A stretch of 64,000 nt of DNA from Tubiluchus corallicola (lineage: Eukaryota > Animalia > Priapulida), in contig JAQGDQ010000127.1 of the NCBI GenBank assembly GCA_030141605.1, forward strand, positions 248,001-312,000. Direction: 5' to 3'. This document shows, one piece after another, positions 37,223 to 51,899 of this stretch. Each line of letters opens with the position of its first letter. Position 1 is the first letter of the stretch. The position numbers and the translations under genes were made by a program. The notes beneath the pieces are model-generated. The model worked only from the letters and a program-made list of their open reading frames with translations, made no database searches and was not told the origin of the DNA.

Positions 37223-40200
37223 CTATAACTTGCTGTGTGGCAATGACTTCAAATTCCAGAGTGATTTAACTTTTTGGTCAAATACATGCAAGCTTTCAAA
37301 AACTTTAGTATCTACAAAAACAAATAAGATTGATGTTGTTTTTTATACACAATGTTATACAGTATACCTAGATATATATCCTGTACTGTCCTAACTTGAT
37401 GTAGGCATTTTAATTTTGATGCATGAACAATCAGAATAACAGGAGGTGGCGATAAAATATCTGTGTATCACTATGTTCCATTAATAACTAAAGAAAAAAT
37501 ATAAAACCACCAAATATATTCTTTGCATTTTATATGTCAAAAACTACACGGTTGCTTTTTTAAGAAAACATTGCCCCAAACAAGATAAATGGCTACTCAA
37601 GGTAGGGAGCTACAGCAAAAAGGTGAAAACATAAATACATGTACAGAGAAGTAGAATTCAGGCAACTAGTTTGTTAGTGTTCTTGAAACACTTCACAATG
37701 ACAAAAAAGTGTTGGATCTTGGAAAAGTGTAGTAAGTATCAGGAATTGCAATTATTAGAAATCAATTTATAAAAATCAATGAGCTGTTAGCAAATGTCAT
37801 GTGACGGCTCCTGAACGCTCATAGAAACTTACCTTTACATTTATGGTATAATTTAATGAATGGGAGAATTGCTGACAATGGAATTGCAAAGTTTACATGC
37901 GGATAAGAAACATCGTTTATATTATCTCTGAAATGAAAACATAAATTTTTATTTAGCCTTTTTTTCGGAATCTAGTCAGTCCACCACAAAATGCTTCAGT
38001 TGAGTTACAAGGGTAACGCAAAAAGTTATGCTATGAGCCGTACAACTTAGTTTATTTTGTAATTTACCGGAAACATCTTAATGGTTTCTTAATACTGTGT
38101 GAGACACAGAAGTCAGGAATGCAAAACAATCAATATGCTGCATGTCAAATTGGTAGTGTATGGTCACCTGTTTCCAGCACAATTCTAAACATTCAAAAAG
38201 TTTGGTACAGCTTATCAGAAATAATATTAATGTACACTAGTAGTGGTAAAGTTTGAGATTGTTATACTGTCCAAAAAGTCTAACTTGGTAGTAGTTGGAA
38301 GCTGAGGGAAGTAGCAGCAGCACCCCCTCTGGAGTTATTGACTAAATGTATTAGTAAGCCATATAATCATTAGTAGGAGTACTTAGACTGACAAAAGGAA
38401 AACGTATTCTGAACCACCATTCAGCTGCTCAAGCAGACCACTGAACAGACCTGTGTTAATGCATTGGTTTCAAGGTACATAAGTTTATTAACATTTTAAA
38501 CAATTATTATTTTGTGGGTGTGGGTGTATACTCGTAACAACAGAGAGCATACTATATTTTAGATGACTATACTGAAATTGCCAAAAGCAGGAGATGAGTA
38601 CAATTCATATAAATCCGTACCCTCAAATGTGCACAAGAAAGAATATTTATTTCCATTCCAGGACAAAGTTTTCTGTGTTCATATATATCTTGTCCTAACA
38701 GCCAATGACAGCTACACATTCCGTAACAGCTACTGCAAATGTGCCACAGAATTTTGCTTTTCAGCCTTTGTTCTTGTCCTTCCAGGGCTCAGAATAGTAG
38801 CAATTTGTTCAAAAAGGTAAAAGAGATAAGTACACTAAGCAAGAGCCTTACCTACAGTTGCAACAGATAATTCCCATTAGAGCAAGCGAACTATCTATTA
38901 AAGCTCCTCCACTCACACCAGGATGGACTGCACAAGTAGTCTGAAGAACAAAAACACAGAGTACATTGATAAATTTTCAAATTGCAATGCACATGCGCAA
39001 AAAACTATGAATTATGCTATACAATTAAGCCTTCATTAATGAATGTTTACCACATATTTCTCACTTAAGTTAAGGAGCTTTATAAGGAAGTACTTTCTAA
39101 CTGAAATTAAAACGACTATTTGTAGTACTGATTATAGCAAGCAGTCATATTGGCACATCTCTATGTGCACTTGCCTGTATGCAGTACGTATATATAGGTA
39201 ATGTAAAATAGAAGAGAAAACTAATAACAGTAGAAATAAAACATGACATTTTAGATGGTTTAACGCGAGAAGGAAACAAAAAAGAGAAAAAGCTACATCT
39301 GCAAAAGCCCTCAACTTATCTCTGTTAACTATATGAAGATAGTTCATGAAAAAATGGAAAAATAACAGCTCACTAACCAACCAACAAAACAAATATTTGA
39401 TGTTTTAATTTGACAGAATAGGTAATATCACAAGGTCACCAAAATTCAAGAAATGTTTGACTTGCATGAGCTAAGCACTGCTGATTTTTGCTCCTAAATC
39501 ACATCTGCATGTTTTCACATTATTCACTATAGAAGAGGGCATCATTTCATGTTAATTTGCTTAGTTAATATTGCATCATATTAATATTGCATTTTGTTAG
39601 ATGCATTAGCATTTTTAAGTGAGGACTAACTGCTCTGTTAGCCGCTATTTATGTCAATTTGCTCTAAACGAGGTTAATAATAATTATAGTTTATTAAGAT
39701 TGATAAAGGCAGTTCGACAAGGGAAAGACAATAGGGACAACATAGGTAATTCTAGTTTATACAAAATAGATTCAAAGCCTTAATATTTCTAATAAAGCAT
39801 GAAAATTCTACCAATGGGTAGGCCCAGTAAGAGGTAAAGAAGATACATGGCAGCAGAAGTCACAGGAAATAAGTTTGCCCACCAGAGTTCATTATAGTCC
39901 TCAAATAAAGTTTCTTTCGCAAAAGTATCAGAAGTATTAGAGAAGTTTTTGCCTAAAAACCATTCACTACCCCAAGTTATGCATTACAATAAGAAATATT
40001 AAAGCAGTGATACTTGCCTGTGTGTATAAAATTTTAAGCACAACAGACTGTGCATTATGGCACCAATACAAAGTAATTCTAATAGGCAAAAGTAAAGTGC
40101 TAGCATAAACAAATTTGTAGTGGTGAAGATTTAGGTGCAGAAAAGAGGTATTGAAGATTCTGATTCTGTCAATATCATTTGCTAGGAAAACTAATTTTTA

Positions 40201-43200
40201 CTGGTACTTACATAGTAAGGTGGAACATGAAAAAAGAATTTAGTGTTATATCCAACCTGAATCATAACTGGAATCCCAGCTTGAAATACAACCCTGGACA
40301 CAATACCAGCAAAAAAACTTGGTGGCAAATCCAAGTAGTCATCAAATAAGGAATGACCAACAACCATCACATGACTGCCTAAATTATTAATGCAACAAAT
40401 GCATTGCATGCATATACTGTGCAAAAAGCATCCAAAATGAAATATACGTATTAAAATTAATGTAATATGTGAAATATATGTATTAAAAGGATTCTCATTT
40501 TGATGAACTACTAAATAGCTTTTTTAATGTTTTTCTAGTTATTGAACTGTTTAGCCAGAATTAATAAATCTAATTGTTTATATATAATCCACAGTTAACT
40601 TAATGTCTAAGTGGAGGAGGAAGGCACTGAAAAAGTGTGAGAAATTAGGAATTGACCTCATATTCTTGCAATAATTTAGGTTATTCTTACTTATCGCAGT
40701 TCAGTATATAAAAACCTATAAATGATTCTGCACCAGCTAATTTGCCTAAAATTTCGAGTATTGACAGTGATTCCTAAAATTTTGCTGGAAATACTGGAAC
40801 AATAAATGGACAAATAACACTAAAACGGCAATAATGTGCCGAAATCAGATTTATGCAACTTGATACAATAAAATGAAAACTAAAGAAAGTTACAATTCTA
40901 TTATACAATATACACACTTACACAATTTATTAAGCAAATGGTGCATCTATTACAATAACACCTTACCTAGTAAAGTTCCTAGCATTAGTTAGATTTGAAT
41001 TATTTGCACATCGAACCACTTAAGAATCTTCAGTTAGCTTCTAGGTGTTAAAAGGTAATAAAAAAGATCTAGAAGGACATACAGCTAAATTTTGGAGATA
41101 TGAACTAACCCAAAAGCTAATGTACACTTTTTTCTTGTAAACCCGATGCTTTTAGCTTGGATACTTTCCAGTTATTTGAGGGCGGAAGCATTTAGTAGGA
41201 TTATAATTAACAAACATTTGTGAACTTTAAAAAATTCTGAATTTGGTGCAAACAAGTTTCTAACAAAAAACAAATATGTATTTGGCGGGCACAAAGTAGC
41301 ATAAAATGAAGCATTTTTTATGTGTCTTACAAGTTACCTATGAAAACCAAGATGACACTGCTGCACAAAACACCTAATATCACTTAAGCCCTCATTCTAG
41401 ACATACCTTGCTTTGGCACAACATCAGAAATGGGAATTCCTGGAGTAGGTGCATCCATCAAATGTAGTATGGCAAGGTCAAATAATTCCCCTTCAGGTAC
41501 TGCAAACAAAATTCTAGCCAAGTGCAGTTTTCTTGCAAACCTTACGTGCACTAAATATATTAAAAAACGATATAGAACATTTTGCTAAAAGGAAAAGCTG
41601 CATAGCTACAATGTGCACTCGGCTATCAAATTAAATAATGCCAGGCCTAGCTAAAAAATGGTTGCGTGACTATACCAAAACTAGTTCTACGTAGCTTCAT
41701 CTGCCACACTGCCCCAACAGTGTAGGAAAGATCTAAATACAAACTAAATGGGCCAGAGAGACTTCTGTTCAGCTCAAATGAAACAATCACTTTGTCATCA
41801 AAGTCTATGTTAATCTACATTTTTGTGCCTAAACTAATATATATTAATCAGTACTATTGTTGGCCCAAGGTCAGTTATTATATTATATAGACAAATTTTA
41901 TTAACATGGTTTAATAAACTGCATAATTTTCCACTTGACTTACCTTGCCCATACGTAAGTGAGTGTCTTACAACATGTGAGCAAGTCAAGATGACTCCTT
42001 CATCAAGTAGTACACCAGACCCCCAAGTATTGCCCGATCTTATAAAACATATGTAATCCCTGACACGTGCTACTTTCGATTCACTAACTGTCACTAAAGT
42101 AAAACAAAAAAACTGTACCAAGAGCTGTTGCTACAAATGCTCAAAAATGGCAGTATATCTTCTGTCGTTCAAACTGGTAAGTAATGCAGTCAAACCTCAT
42201 TAAAACTTCAGGTCTGAGAAACCACTAAATGTGGTACGATACCGAGGTTGGCGGTAAGGCAAGATTCATTGAATATCAAAGCCATTCCAGTCCGTAACCC
42301 CTATTTTGTTTCCTAGTGAATTTTTACATGTCATAAATAGCAAAATATTATTATACCTACAACAATACATGTGTTATACTGTATATTTTTTACATTAACA
42401 AAATCAATGTAGGTGTTGTCCTACGGCGGTGCATTGGAAAACGTTTTGGTAACACAATGTGCAGTAGCAACTTCATGATACTTCTCCTGATAAGAGAAAT
42501 ACGCAGCCAAACAGCCCAACCACGATCCCAACGTAACATTACTAGATAATTAAGACTATAAATAACTGCCACATATAGCTTGATCTTGAGTCAAATAGCT
42601 TTTACAGCCATTAAATTCACATCAGTTCAGTACTGAAGCTTAGCTACACAACTCTTGTACTCTTAAATTCATGTTCATTGCTCAAAACCTCAGCATTCAC
42701 CTTCTTACAATCACTTGCAACAAGATGTAAATCTTAACTTAAACATCGTAATTGTTTTTACAACAAAATGGCTGTTTTTCAGCAACAATTCATTACGCTT
42801 TATCTTGGCTGGCGTTATAACAGGGTAAATTTATTATTATATAATAGACTTTTGGCACAGCAGATGTGTTGGCAGATGGCGGTAGTTGAGGTTGGTGGTA
42901 TTCCCTATATTTAATATATTATGGAAATCGGGACAGGGCAATAGTTGGCGTTATGGCGACGCTGGCATTATAACAGGGGAGGGGGGCGTATAACGAGGTT
43001 TGATTATAGATGCATTGCAAACATCATTGTCTTTGTCACAGTGAATAAAAAAAGTAAGTTGAAGTTCAAAAAAGGAGTTCCAAAATATTAAAAACTAAAA
43101 TGATCAATTACAATTACATAAAAACAACTTTTACTTTTAGATTACATTAGTTTAAGTTGAACACAATAATTGCAAGAATTACCAATTGCTTTTGCAGATT

Positions 43201-44429
43201 CCATACTTTTATTCAAAAGGCTCTCCACGTGGCCTTTTAATGACAGCAGAAGACCTGATAATGAACAGGCAACTGTCAGACCAATCATCTCTTTTCCTTT
43301 AAAAGCTATAGGAATGACCACCATACCAAATGCATTATGCCTATCGAAAACAAAGAGAAGTTACATAAGGTAAGACCAGTATGAATAACCAGCAACATTA
43401 TTCTAGAATAATAATGAGAATAGATATATATATACCAAGATGGCAAGCTCCTCACAGCCTCCCCAACATATAAAATTCCACCTTCAGTGCCAGGAGTGCA
43501 CCTACAAGTTTGAACAAATATACTTATAACACAGCCACTTCAAATTTACATTTCATGAAGCAAAAAAAATAATTGTGAATGAATTAACTAAGCTTTGGTA
43601 AATAATAAATTTCAAAATCCAAAACATAAAATGGTCTTTTTTACCTTGCATCAGTTAAGATCACTTCTCCATTTTCACCTGCGACATTAGAAATAATTCC
43701 CTGGCTTAGTGAATTCATAAACACATCAGGACAAAGAGAACCAAATGGAGTTCCAACAACAACAACTTTCTCACCAACAAGCTTTGACGAATTACAAATT
43801 AACAATGGCAATAATCTCACTAAAGTTTTCTCAATTTTTGTAAAATATTTCTCAGTAACATCACTGAATGACTCCAACTCTTGTGTACCAATACTACTGG
43901 ACAATTTAAGTACTGCAAAAATAGACAGGCATTTTAGTAAGCTATACACATCCTTGGTCTTGTTATCAGCGAACCTCGCAATTTTGTTTGCACTATTCTC
44001 ATTTTGTACTTTGTTGTCTGGCAATTCATGGTTGTACATTGACAACTTCCAGTTTTCTTCCTTTGGCATAAGTCTTTTCAAAGTTTCATAAAATGAAATG
44101 AAATTCCAAACTAACAGTACAGAAGCCTTGTTTCTAATGGATGCATGTTTGTTTTCTAAACAATTCAGCAAGGACAATTGGCCTTCAGCAAAATGTCTAT
44201 AATTTGTATCCTTTGAATCTCTTATAACGAAAAGCTGCATGCGCTGAAGTGCAGTAAACATGTTTTCTTTAACCAATGTGGTCTCTTGGCCACTGAGATA
44301 AGATGTGCCAATAATAGGCAAAATGGGAGCAATGACAAAAATGCCATCCAGAATAACAGCACTGCAACTGGTACTTGAATCTGTTCCCATGGTTGCTTCT
44401 AAAATGCAGCTCTCAAATCTTCCAGCCAT
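37223..44429 (-). CDS. TYSND1: Peroxisomal leader peptide-processing protease (trypsin domain-containing 1)
   Basis: Exons 43645-44429 (VVVGTPFGSLCPDVFMNSLSQGIISN..ILTDAR), 43436-43501 (CTPGTEGG), 43183-43340, 41944-42093 (WGSGV..LTCSHV), 41407-41550 (FDLAIL), 40257-40378, 38852-38940 (TTCAVHPGVSGG), about 37832-37926 (YPHVNFAIP) and 37223-37311 ending LPHSKL*. The His/Asp/Ser triad and PTS1 are intact. An acceptor at 44441 implies a further upstream exon. Confidence 0.93.
42187..43007. mobile_element. pogo/Tigger-like MITE
   Basis: Left end CAGTCAAACCTC, right end GAGGTTTGATTA, and internal GCGTTATAAC repeats. Same family as 61736-61908. Confidence 0.5.
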
Positions 44430-45559
44430 TTCCAGACTGTCTGAAATAAAAACAATAAAATGAGTGACATACTTCCTTAAACTACAGCTCATAACAAGTT
44501 GGCGAAATTTAAGAAGATGTGGTTATACATTTTAATTCATAGGAAATGCTTTTAAGCTTTTTTATTTACAAGAAATTTTAAATGAAATTAATACAGTACA
44601 ACATAAAGACAGACTAGATTACGTAGTAGATATGCAGTGCTCCATAAGTCTACTACGGAGGATTAAACACGGTGCAAGTAGTTCAATAGTCAACAAAAAA
44701 CTGAACTCTGACAAGCTAAGCCTACGTGCTTGGTTTGTTCAAAGAAGTCTACCATTGAAATTATACAAATCTTCACGGTTTCACAGTGTGAATTCCAGCA
44801 TGCATCGCAAGAAACTTCCTATTAACTGCTTCTTCAGTGGCCTCTGCAGCTATACTATTTGTCAAAAGTTCCTGGTTGGGCTGACGACGAAGCCCGATCT
44901 TTGTCACCTATATCCATTGTGAACAACTGTACACACAGAATAGCCTACAGCCGTGTTAATTTACTGGGCCTAAATTATTCTATGGTATGTGCACTGAGTA
45001 CATAACCAATGACTGAGTGTATAAAACAACCAGCTGAAGCTTTAGTAGTTTTGATGTCAGTCTAAATGTCAAATAAAGTCATCATTTGAGCAAAGCAACA
45101 AATTGCCATGTGCATACAGGCATTGTATGGTCGTAATGTAATGCAGATCTAGTATATACGTAATGCAGGTCTAGTAGCATTACTGCCATGTAATTTGATT
45201 ACAAGACTAAGACGAGTAATTGTGTCACATTGCATACTCATTAATATAAAAAGTAATCTGACCCAACACTGTGTATATATCAATATACTTGACTTATCTT
45301 CAATTACAATTTTAACTGCAACACTTTGTTCACCTACGTTCTAACTTTTTATAATTTATCTATGTTTGACTAGTTTATATCCTGCACTTATAAGCCCTAT
45401 TTATTGAGACATATTGCTTGGCATTTAAAAAAGTGTTCCGTAGTATCCTCTTCTATATAACATAATGAACATTTAAAGTCATTCTTGTTTAAGTTTTCAA
45501 GATTTGCTTTAAGATTAACCACATTAACAAGCCTTTCCTTTACATAATTTCCTCTCACT

Positions 45560-45840
45560 ACTTCACGGTTCGTTTATCGTGGACTCGCTGTTTCATGGGT
45601 TTTCAAAAATATTAATGTAAAATATTTATTGCGGTATTTTCGCTGTTTCGTGGGTTTTTGCGGTACTCCGTCTAAAGTATTTTTGCACATGCGTAGTACG
45701 TATTGTACAGTAATGTATAGATTTGATGAATTTTGCATAAACAAACAGAACACCCGGGCCTGGAACGAAACACCCGCGACAAGTGAAGGAACACTGTATT
45801 TCATCCAATCGACATTTTCAACCCGGACTTGTCGTTGAAA
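45560..45840. promoter_or_regulatory. Putative bidirectional TYSND1/VPS26 promoter
   Basis: Locally CpG-enriched island between the divergent TYSND1 (-) and VPS26 (+) genes. The first exons of both genes were not located with certainty. Confidence 0.4.
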
Positions 45841-46229
45841 ACTATTATTTTATAAAATCTTAACTTTGTCATGAATGCTTTCCATTTTACTGTTAATTTC
45901 TTTTTCCATAAATGAATTGATTTTATTTTTGATGTACTTCTTCCACCTAAGGCCCACACGGACTTAGTGATGGAATTTACAGCAACCAAATTTATATAAT
46001 TATTATATTTAAAATGCTGATTTCTGAATACTAAAAATCAATTAAAAAGGTATTGTTTATTCATGACCTGTAAGACTTGTTCACCCAAACTTCCATTGCT
46101 TAAGTTCACTAGTAAATGGTAATACAACATTTTTTTTTATCTACATAAGACAGGCAGATGTTTGTTTCACTGAACATACCCCAATATGGCATACTACTTT
46201 TTTGATATAAAATTTTTGATAATGCTTCT

Positions 46230-47240
46230 ATCTATAGGCTTTCTAATTCATCCAACCGAAAGTCAATACATGGCTTCGCAAGGAATTTACTGAAGGACTT
46301 CAGGGAGTATTTGGCAAAACTGCATATGTAGTCTAACTTTATAATCAGGAGCTGTGCCAACTGACTGGAAATATGCAAATGTGACTCTAATATTCAAGAA
46401 GGGAAGTAAGATTATGATTACCAGTTATCATCCTATATGACTAAGGACACAGATCTGATGAAGGTAAACCACTTGCTACTATATATACTTGGACTTTGCT
46501 AAAGCTTTTGATAAAGTTACACATCAAAAGCTTCTAAAGACGTTGCTGCGCATGGTATACTGATATCGGGGATAGCTGGCAAATGGATATATTGTTGACT
46601 GACGGGGTGAAAACAAAGAATAAGTATCGATGGACACATGTCATTTTTTCCAGATGTGTTCCACAGGCGCATAGATTCGGTACTGTAATTTTCATCAATG
46701 ATTGCGAGGCATCTGTACACAGTAACCTGATCAAATTTACCAAAGACAGAAAAATATATAGGCAAGTACCACATGAGCAAAATGATTTAGGCCAGTTATG
46801 CAGGTAGAGCATGGAATGGCAGATGACTTTTAATGCTGATAAATGCAAGGTCCTGCACTTTGGATACAAAAACCCTGGTAAGGTGTATTACGTGCATGGA
46901 GTAGAGTTGGTATATGTTTCGCAAGAAAAGGATTTGGGTGTGACAGTAACAGATGACTTAAAATCTGCAAGCCAGTGTGCTGACTGCTGAGGTGTTCAAG
47001 AGTGAAAATCAAGCATTAGGAATGATAAACAGACAGTTCATATCCAGCGACATTACGACAATCATGAAATTGTGTACAAGCATAGAATCCACACTACAGA
47101 AAAGACATTAAGCTTCTAGAGGGCGTGCAGTGCAGGATGACCAGCATGATTTAAGGTAGGAAATATCACATCAAGAAGGGCATAGAAAATGCTCACTTAA
47201 AACTTTATAGTTGAGGAAACATAAAGGAGACTTGATACAA
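46230..47240 (+). mobile_element. Decayed CR1-like LINE (RT domain and 3' ORF2)
   Basis: Fragments HGF, IYLDFAKAFDKVTHQKLL, WQMTFNADKCKVLHFG, EKDLGV and KDIKLLEGVQ occur in order, with stops and frameshifts. Confidence 0.85.
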
Positions 47241-48289
47241 ACATTATTTGTATTTGTCTTTTATTTTATCAGATGTACAATAAATTATTCAACGTGTATT
47301 GACGTTTTTAATTATTATTATTACATAAACAAGGACAACATACGGTGCCAGTACTCCTAATGACTCAATTCGCAACCTCTCTCTAGTGTACTACTTGGGC
47401 TAGCCCATGTACACCAATTGTCCTACCTCGGCTTGTGAGTTACTCGGCACCCAACAAGCTGGAGAGATATCATAGATACCTGGAGAGCTATTTAGATACC
47501 AAAATATAGGGTTACAACGAGTTTGATCGATTAACCTCTATGACTCTCATATTTTAAGAGTGGTGGTATGGGTGAGATTGACTCACCTTTAGTTCTTCAT
47601 ATTTCTTTTTTGTCTCCTTAGCTGTCACATACATGTACACTAAATTGAACACGGCAAAGTCTAAATGAAAGCTTTTTGGATTTGGTTCTCTCTCCGTTAA
47701 AATAATTTGAAGTTGTCTCTTTTATGTTATCTGAAAACTTGTCTATGGTGGAAACACCATCTATTGACTGTTGTTGTGGCAGAATGGGATCATCATATAG
47801 GTGTATTACGAATAATTTATATTGATATTGAAGCTTATCACTTTTTGCTTGCTTTTCTATTTCTCTGAAATTCTCTGCAGATTTACTGATTATTTTGCAT
47901 TACCCACTTGGCAACCACAATGTTTCATCACTATAAGACAGAGTGCAAGGTATTAGGCAAAACTGCTTACGAATTAGTTGCATTTTTTATTTATTTGCAA
48001 AAGTAAATCGGATTTCCATCCATCCAACCATCTATCCATCTGGTGCCTAAATCCCCTTTATATCAGGGCAAGTAGCAATGTATATTGTACTACTAGGCTG
48101 ATTTTCTACCCAAAAACGCTAAGGCGCACACATATGCTTGCTCCAATGCTACAACACCGCAAAACAAATTTGGGTTTATAAATGTTATACCGTCGTTATG
48201 CAGAGCTAAATATATATTACTGTTTATCTTTTCAGCTTTAAAGTTATACATTCACAATGTTTCTTCTTTTGACCATTATGTCCTTCAGC

Positions 48290-49250
48290 AGGCAGACTGC
48301 ATAAATTTTCCCTCTCAAAATAACAGCCATCTCAAGCATTCTTCATCAGTTACTCCTTGCCAAGGGACTTTGCTTCTCATCTGTGTGTAACATTCACAAC
48401 TTAATATTATGTGTTCTGCAGTTTCAATATCTTTACCACATTTACAAAGTCTTTTTTCTATGCGGTAATCTACTTTCCAAGCATACAAGGGATTTCCCAA
48501 TACTTCTAATGCACCAACCCTAGCTATGACAAGCAATTCTGCACCCCACGTATCATTCATCCAGGGTTCAAATGATATACAACTTTTGCAAACTCTATAT
48601 CTTTCTAATGTAAATGTCAAACATTTACTTAACTTTTCATTAACACATTTTTAATCCCATATCAGCTATAGCTTTTTCTATATGCACATCCCATGCTTTT
48701 TCACCCAAATGTTTATCATAAATTTTATTCAGACCTACCTCATTTAATTCCCCTAATACCATAATATTGCCAAATACCGGAAGCCCAAATTTATCCCCCA
48801 GATGTCTGATTCTTTGCACCCATTTTGATCGAATTCTGTGTGTCACTACTACTATTACCACTTTTTTCAGTAACCGATTATCACTCATAAATATAATTCT
48901 TTAAAAAATTTTAGTCGCGCATTTGCTTCGCGGTCTTCAAAGAACGAAAACGCCGCTTCGCCTCTAGTAATAGCAGCGCCACTGCATCCTTTTGCTTTCC
49001 AGAGCCATCTTACAAATTCTTATTGAATGCTGTTATAGCAATCAACTTCCTTTTGGCTGTATGTTCTGCCCACACAACCAAACATTATATTAGGGACTAC
49101 AATTGCTTTACAGCATGTTTCTAATTCTGATTGCATTGCCGCAAATTTTACAGCACCTATAGTTCTTCTAATATCTGGTATTCTTTCTTTCCAGGTATGT
49201 TCATCTTCTATGGCTCTTATAATTACCCCTAGGTATTTTTCTCTTTCTGT
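48290..49250 (-). mobile_element. 5'-truncated non-LTR retrotransposon (3' ORF2 with Cys/His motif)
   Basis: The minus strand has KYLGVII (about 49215-49240), MSDNRLLKKV, and LCKCGKDIETAEHIILSC (zinc-knuckle-type), with several frameshifts. Confidence 0.75.
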
Positions 49251-51314
49251 TGCATGTATAGGTATGTCACCTATCTTAAAGACTGTATTAGCGTTAGCTC
49301 CACTAAGGAGAGCTCCATGTTTTACATGGAAGCTGACATTTTCCTTGCCGCCCCCTCTTTTGTCAAAAATAGCATAATTGTGTTAAATAAGATAAGAAGT
49401 AATTTTATAGCGAAGACTATAATAAAAGAAAAGTAAAAAAGAGGTTACTACTTGAAGGCTAGAAAACTGACAGTAAATCGGTAGGAATTTGCAATGAACC
49501 TACTTTGTATCAAACGTCAAAAGACTGTTCACTTTGTTTGCATGACGTCATACATGTATAAGTTGTGGGAGGCAGCAAAAATATGGTAATTCATACATTC
49601 ACTAAAAATAATTAAATTTTGTGTTGTACTAAACGCTTCTATAATAACCAGGTTAACTATATGAAGCACCGTATAATGGCGTTTGTTGGTAATACGTGTT
49701 ACTACCATTTTTGTTATTTCACTGTCATAGTACTGTACACTACACTGTTCAGTGTCTATAGTATAACTAAAAAGTATGAGCATGTGTGGCTGCGTCACTG
49801 TGTTTGTGTGAGGGTAAGCTGTACAGTGCTTGTGCTACTTTTAAGTCAGCCCATTACACTGCAGCACCTGCGTGTAATTATAATCTGTAAATGTCTATAT
49901 ATAATTATAGTCAGCAATGTGTACACGAGTTCACATACATCTCTTACATTTAGTTGCCTGCATTGAGATTGTTACTGTCTACTATAGTACTAGTACTTGT
50001 GTCTTGTGTTGCATTCGTTGATATCGTGAGTTTCAAAAAGGTGCACAAATGATCATTTATGCATATTTTTACGTTCAATACTTGTTTCAATTTATACCAA
50101 AATACCTTTCAATTTCTTTCAATACTTCTTAACTATGCTATTGCGTTCCATTTTACTTTTCCTTTTTTCAATGACATGCTTATGATTCTCAATCTCATCT
50201 TCATTTCACTACTACTGCTAGCAGGCCTAGAAATTTTTCAACTGCATCTTGAAGTAGAGTACGAACTATTTCAATTTTTTATATTTGATTTTTATTCTAT
50301 TTCGATTTCTACAAACAAATACAGTACGACTCAATTTAGATTTTCATGCAAAAAAAGACTTCAGATTATGCAATTATGTTTCTTGGGTTTGGTCATTGGT
50401 ATATTTAACCCTCACTGCTAACACACTACACAAATTGCTTGCAGCTTGAGTATTGAGATATTTCATGGCATGCTGGGTAAAATTTTTACTAGCTTGCAAA
50501 TCAATGGCACATGATATGATCAGAACAACCTAGGTGCTATGCGCTTTGCATAATTAATGCATAACTTGTTAACCTGCAGATAATGTACTTCTCTATTGGG
50601 TTTGAATTAAACAACTGTACAAAATTAAGAATGGAAAAATCAAATTTGTAATCGCAACGGAAGGCTGTTTTTTATTTCTATTTTAGGAATTGCTAGTCTA
50701 TTCCACGGTTGTGCGATATTCATTTATACTCTATCTTAAACTGCTCCAGCTAGCAATATAGTTGAAAGCAGCATAACAATTATTTGCATTTTATACGATA
50801 TTAGTTATAATATCGTAATTTTGATGGCATAATACCGGTTTTGCTATAGTGTAAAATAAACTGCAAGCTTTATATTAGTTATAAGTTTTGTGGAATTATT
50901 TTGCTCGATGAACTTTGTCTAGCCCTGGAATCCCAGTTCAAAATTAAAAATTTAACTTTTGAAAAACTGCCCGCTGTATTGCTAATAAATAATCATATTG
51001 TTCAGTTGATCAATGGTCACTGGCGATGTTATCAAAACTGAAATTATGCACTGCAACAAAACTGAACTGAAATCATTTTTTTTGCAAAACCAACGGCTGT
51101 TAAAACTGAAGAAAAAACAAAATTCTGAAATTAGTATGTTTTTTGGCTTGTTTGCTTTTATTTGCTCTCTTACCTGTTATAAACTTGATGAAATAACTAG
51201 CCAATAACAAAATTTATATTTAAATATTTTGTTACCTATGTTTCGTAAATTATAAAACTGAACTTTTTTGTTCTAATTACCATTTTACATTTTGGTTGAT
51301 TGTGCCTGCAGATT

Positions 51315-51899
51315 TTAAAGCAAAACCTGACCCAATGTTAAACTATAGGTCATAACAATCTATTCTTTAAAATATTCAAAAGAAACATACTGTTTTTAAA
51401 GAATGCTGTACGTGAAAGAATTATTGCACAGTATAAATGCAATTTCGCATTAGCGCCACTAGTTCTTCGCTGTTACATGCATTTCGCTATTCGCTAGTTA
51501 CTTCGCTTCGACAGGTGCTGCATCTCTTAGTTCAGATGCGTTTAGTTTGCGACGAACTGCTCATGTTGTTCGAAAGCTCATGCAAGAGTACAGCGGTAAA
51601 TTTGAATTTTTATCTTAAAACTTACCAAGTTTTACTGTAACACACTAAATCTCTTACAGTAGCACTGTATTTCAATTTTCGCTTTTGCAAATACACACAA
51701 CATGGAATGTTTTTTATGCTGAAAATTATGTTAGTTTGTGATGTTATCACTAATTGGACTTGCTCGCCGTTAATTAAGATTTTAATCTATTATTTAGTTA
51801 TCAGAAATGCATTTGCAGTATTATTAGTGTTGCAATGTATGCTTTTTACCATACTTGAAAATGGGATAGTATATCAAAAATCATCCCGTCTTCCTTTAA
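51315..51899 (+). mobile_element. Kolobok-like MITE, copy B
   Basis: TTAA|AGCAAAACCTG ... CCCGTCTTCCT|TTAA, homologous to 27147-27781. Confidence 0.75.

Noticed and set aside
12705-44429. Functional gene cluster linking riboflavin uptake to peroxisomal FAD enzymes (SLC52 plus TYSND1)
   Set aside because: The link is thematic only. The genes are 23 kb apart, separated by PPP1R2, and show no shared regulatory evidence.
44441-44492. N-terminal extension MSCSLRKY.. of ORF 43641-44492
   Set aside because: It lies upstream of a pyrimidine-rich acceptor at 44441 and is most likely intron.
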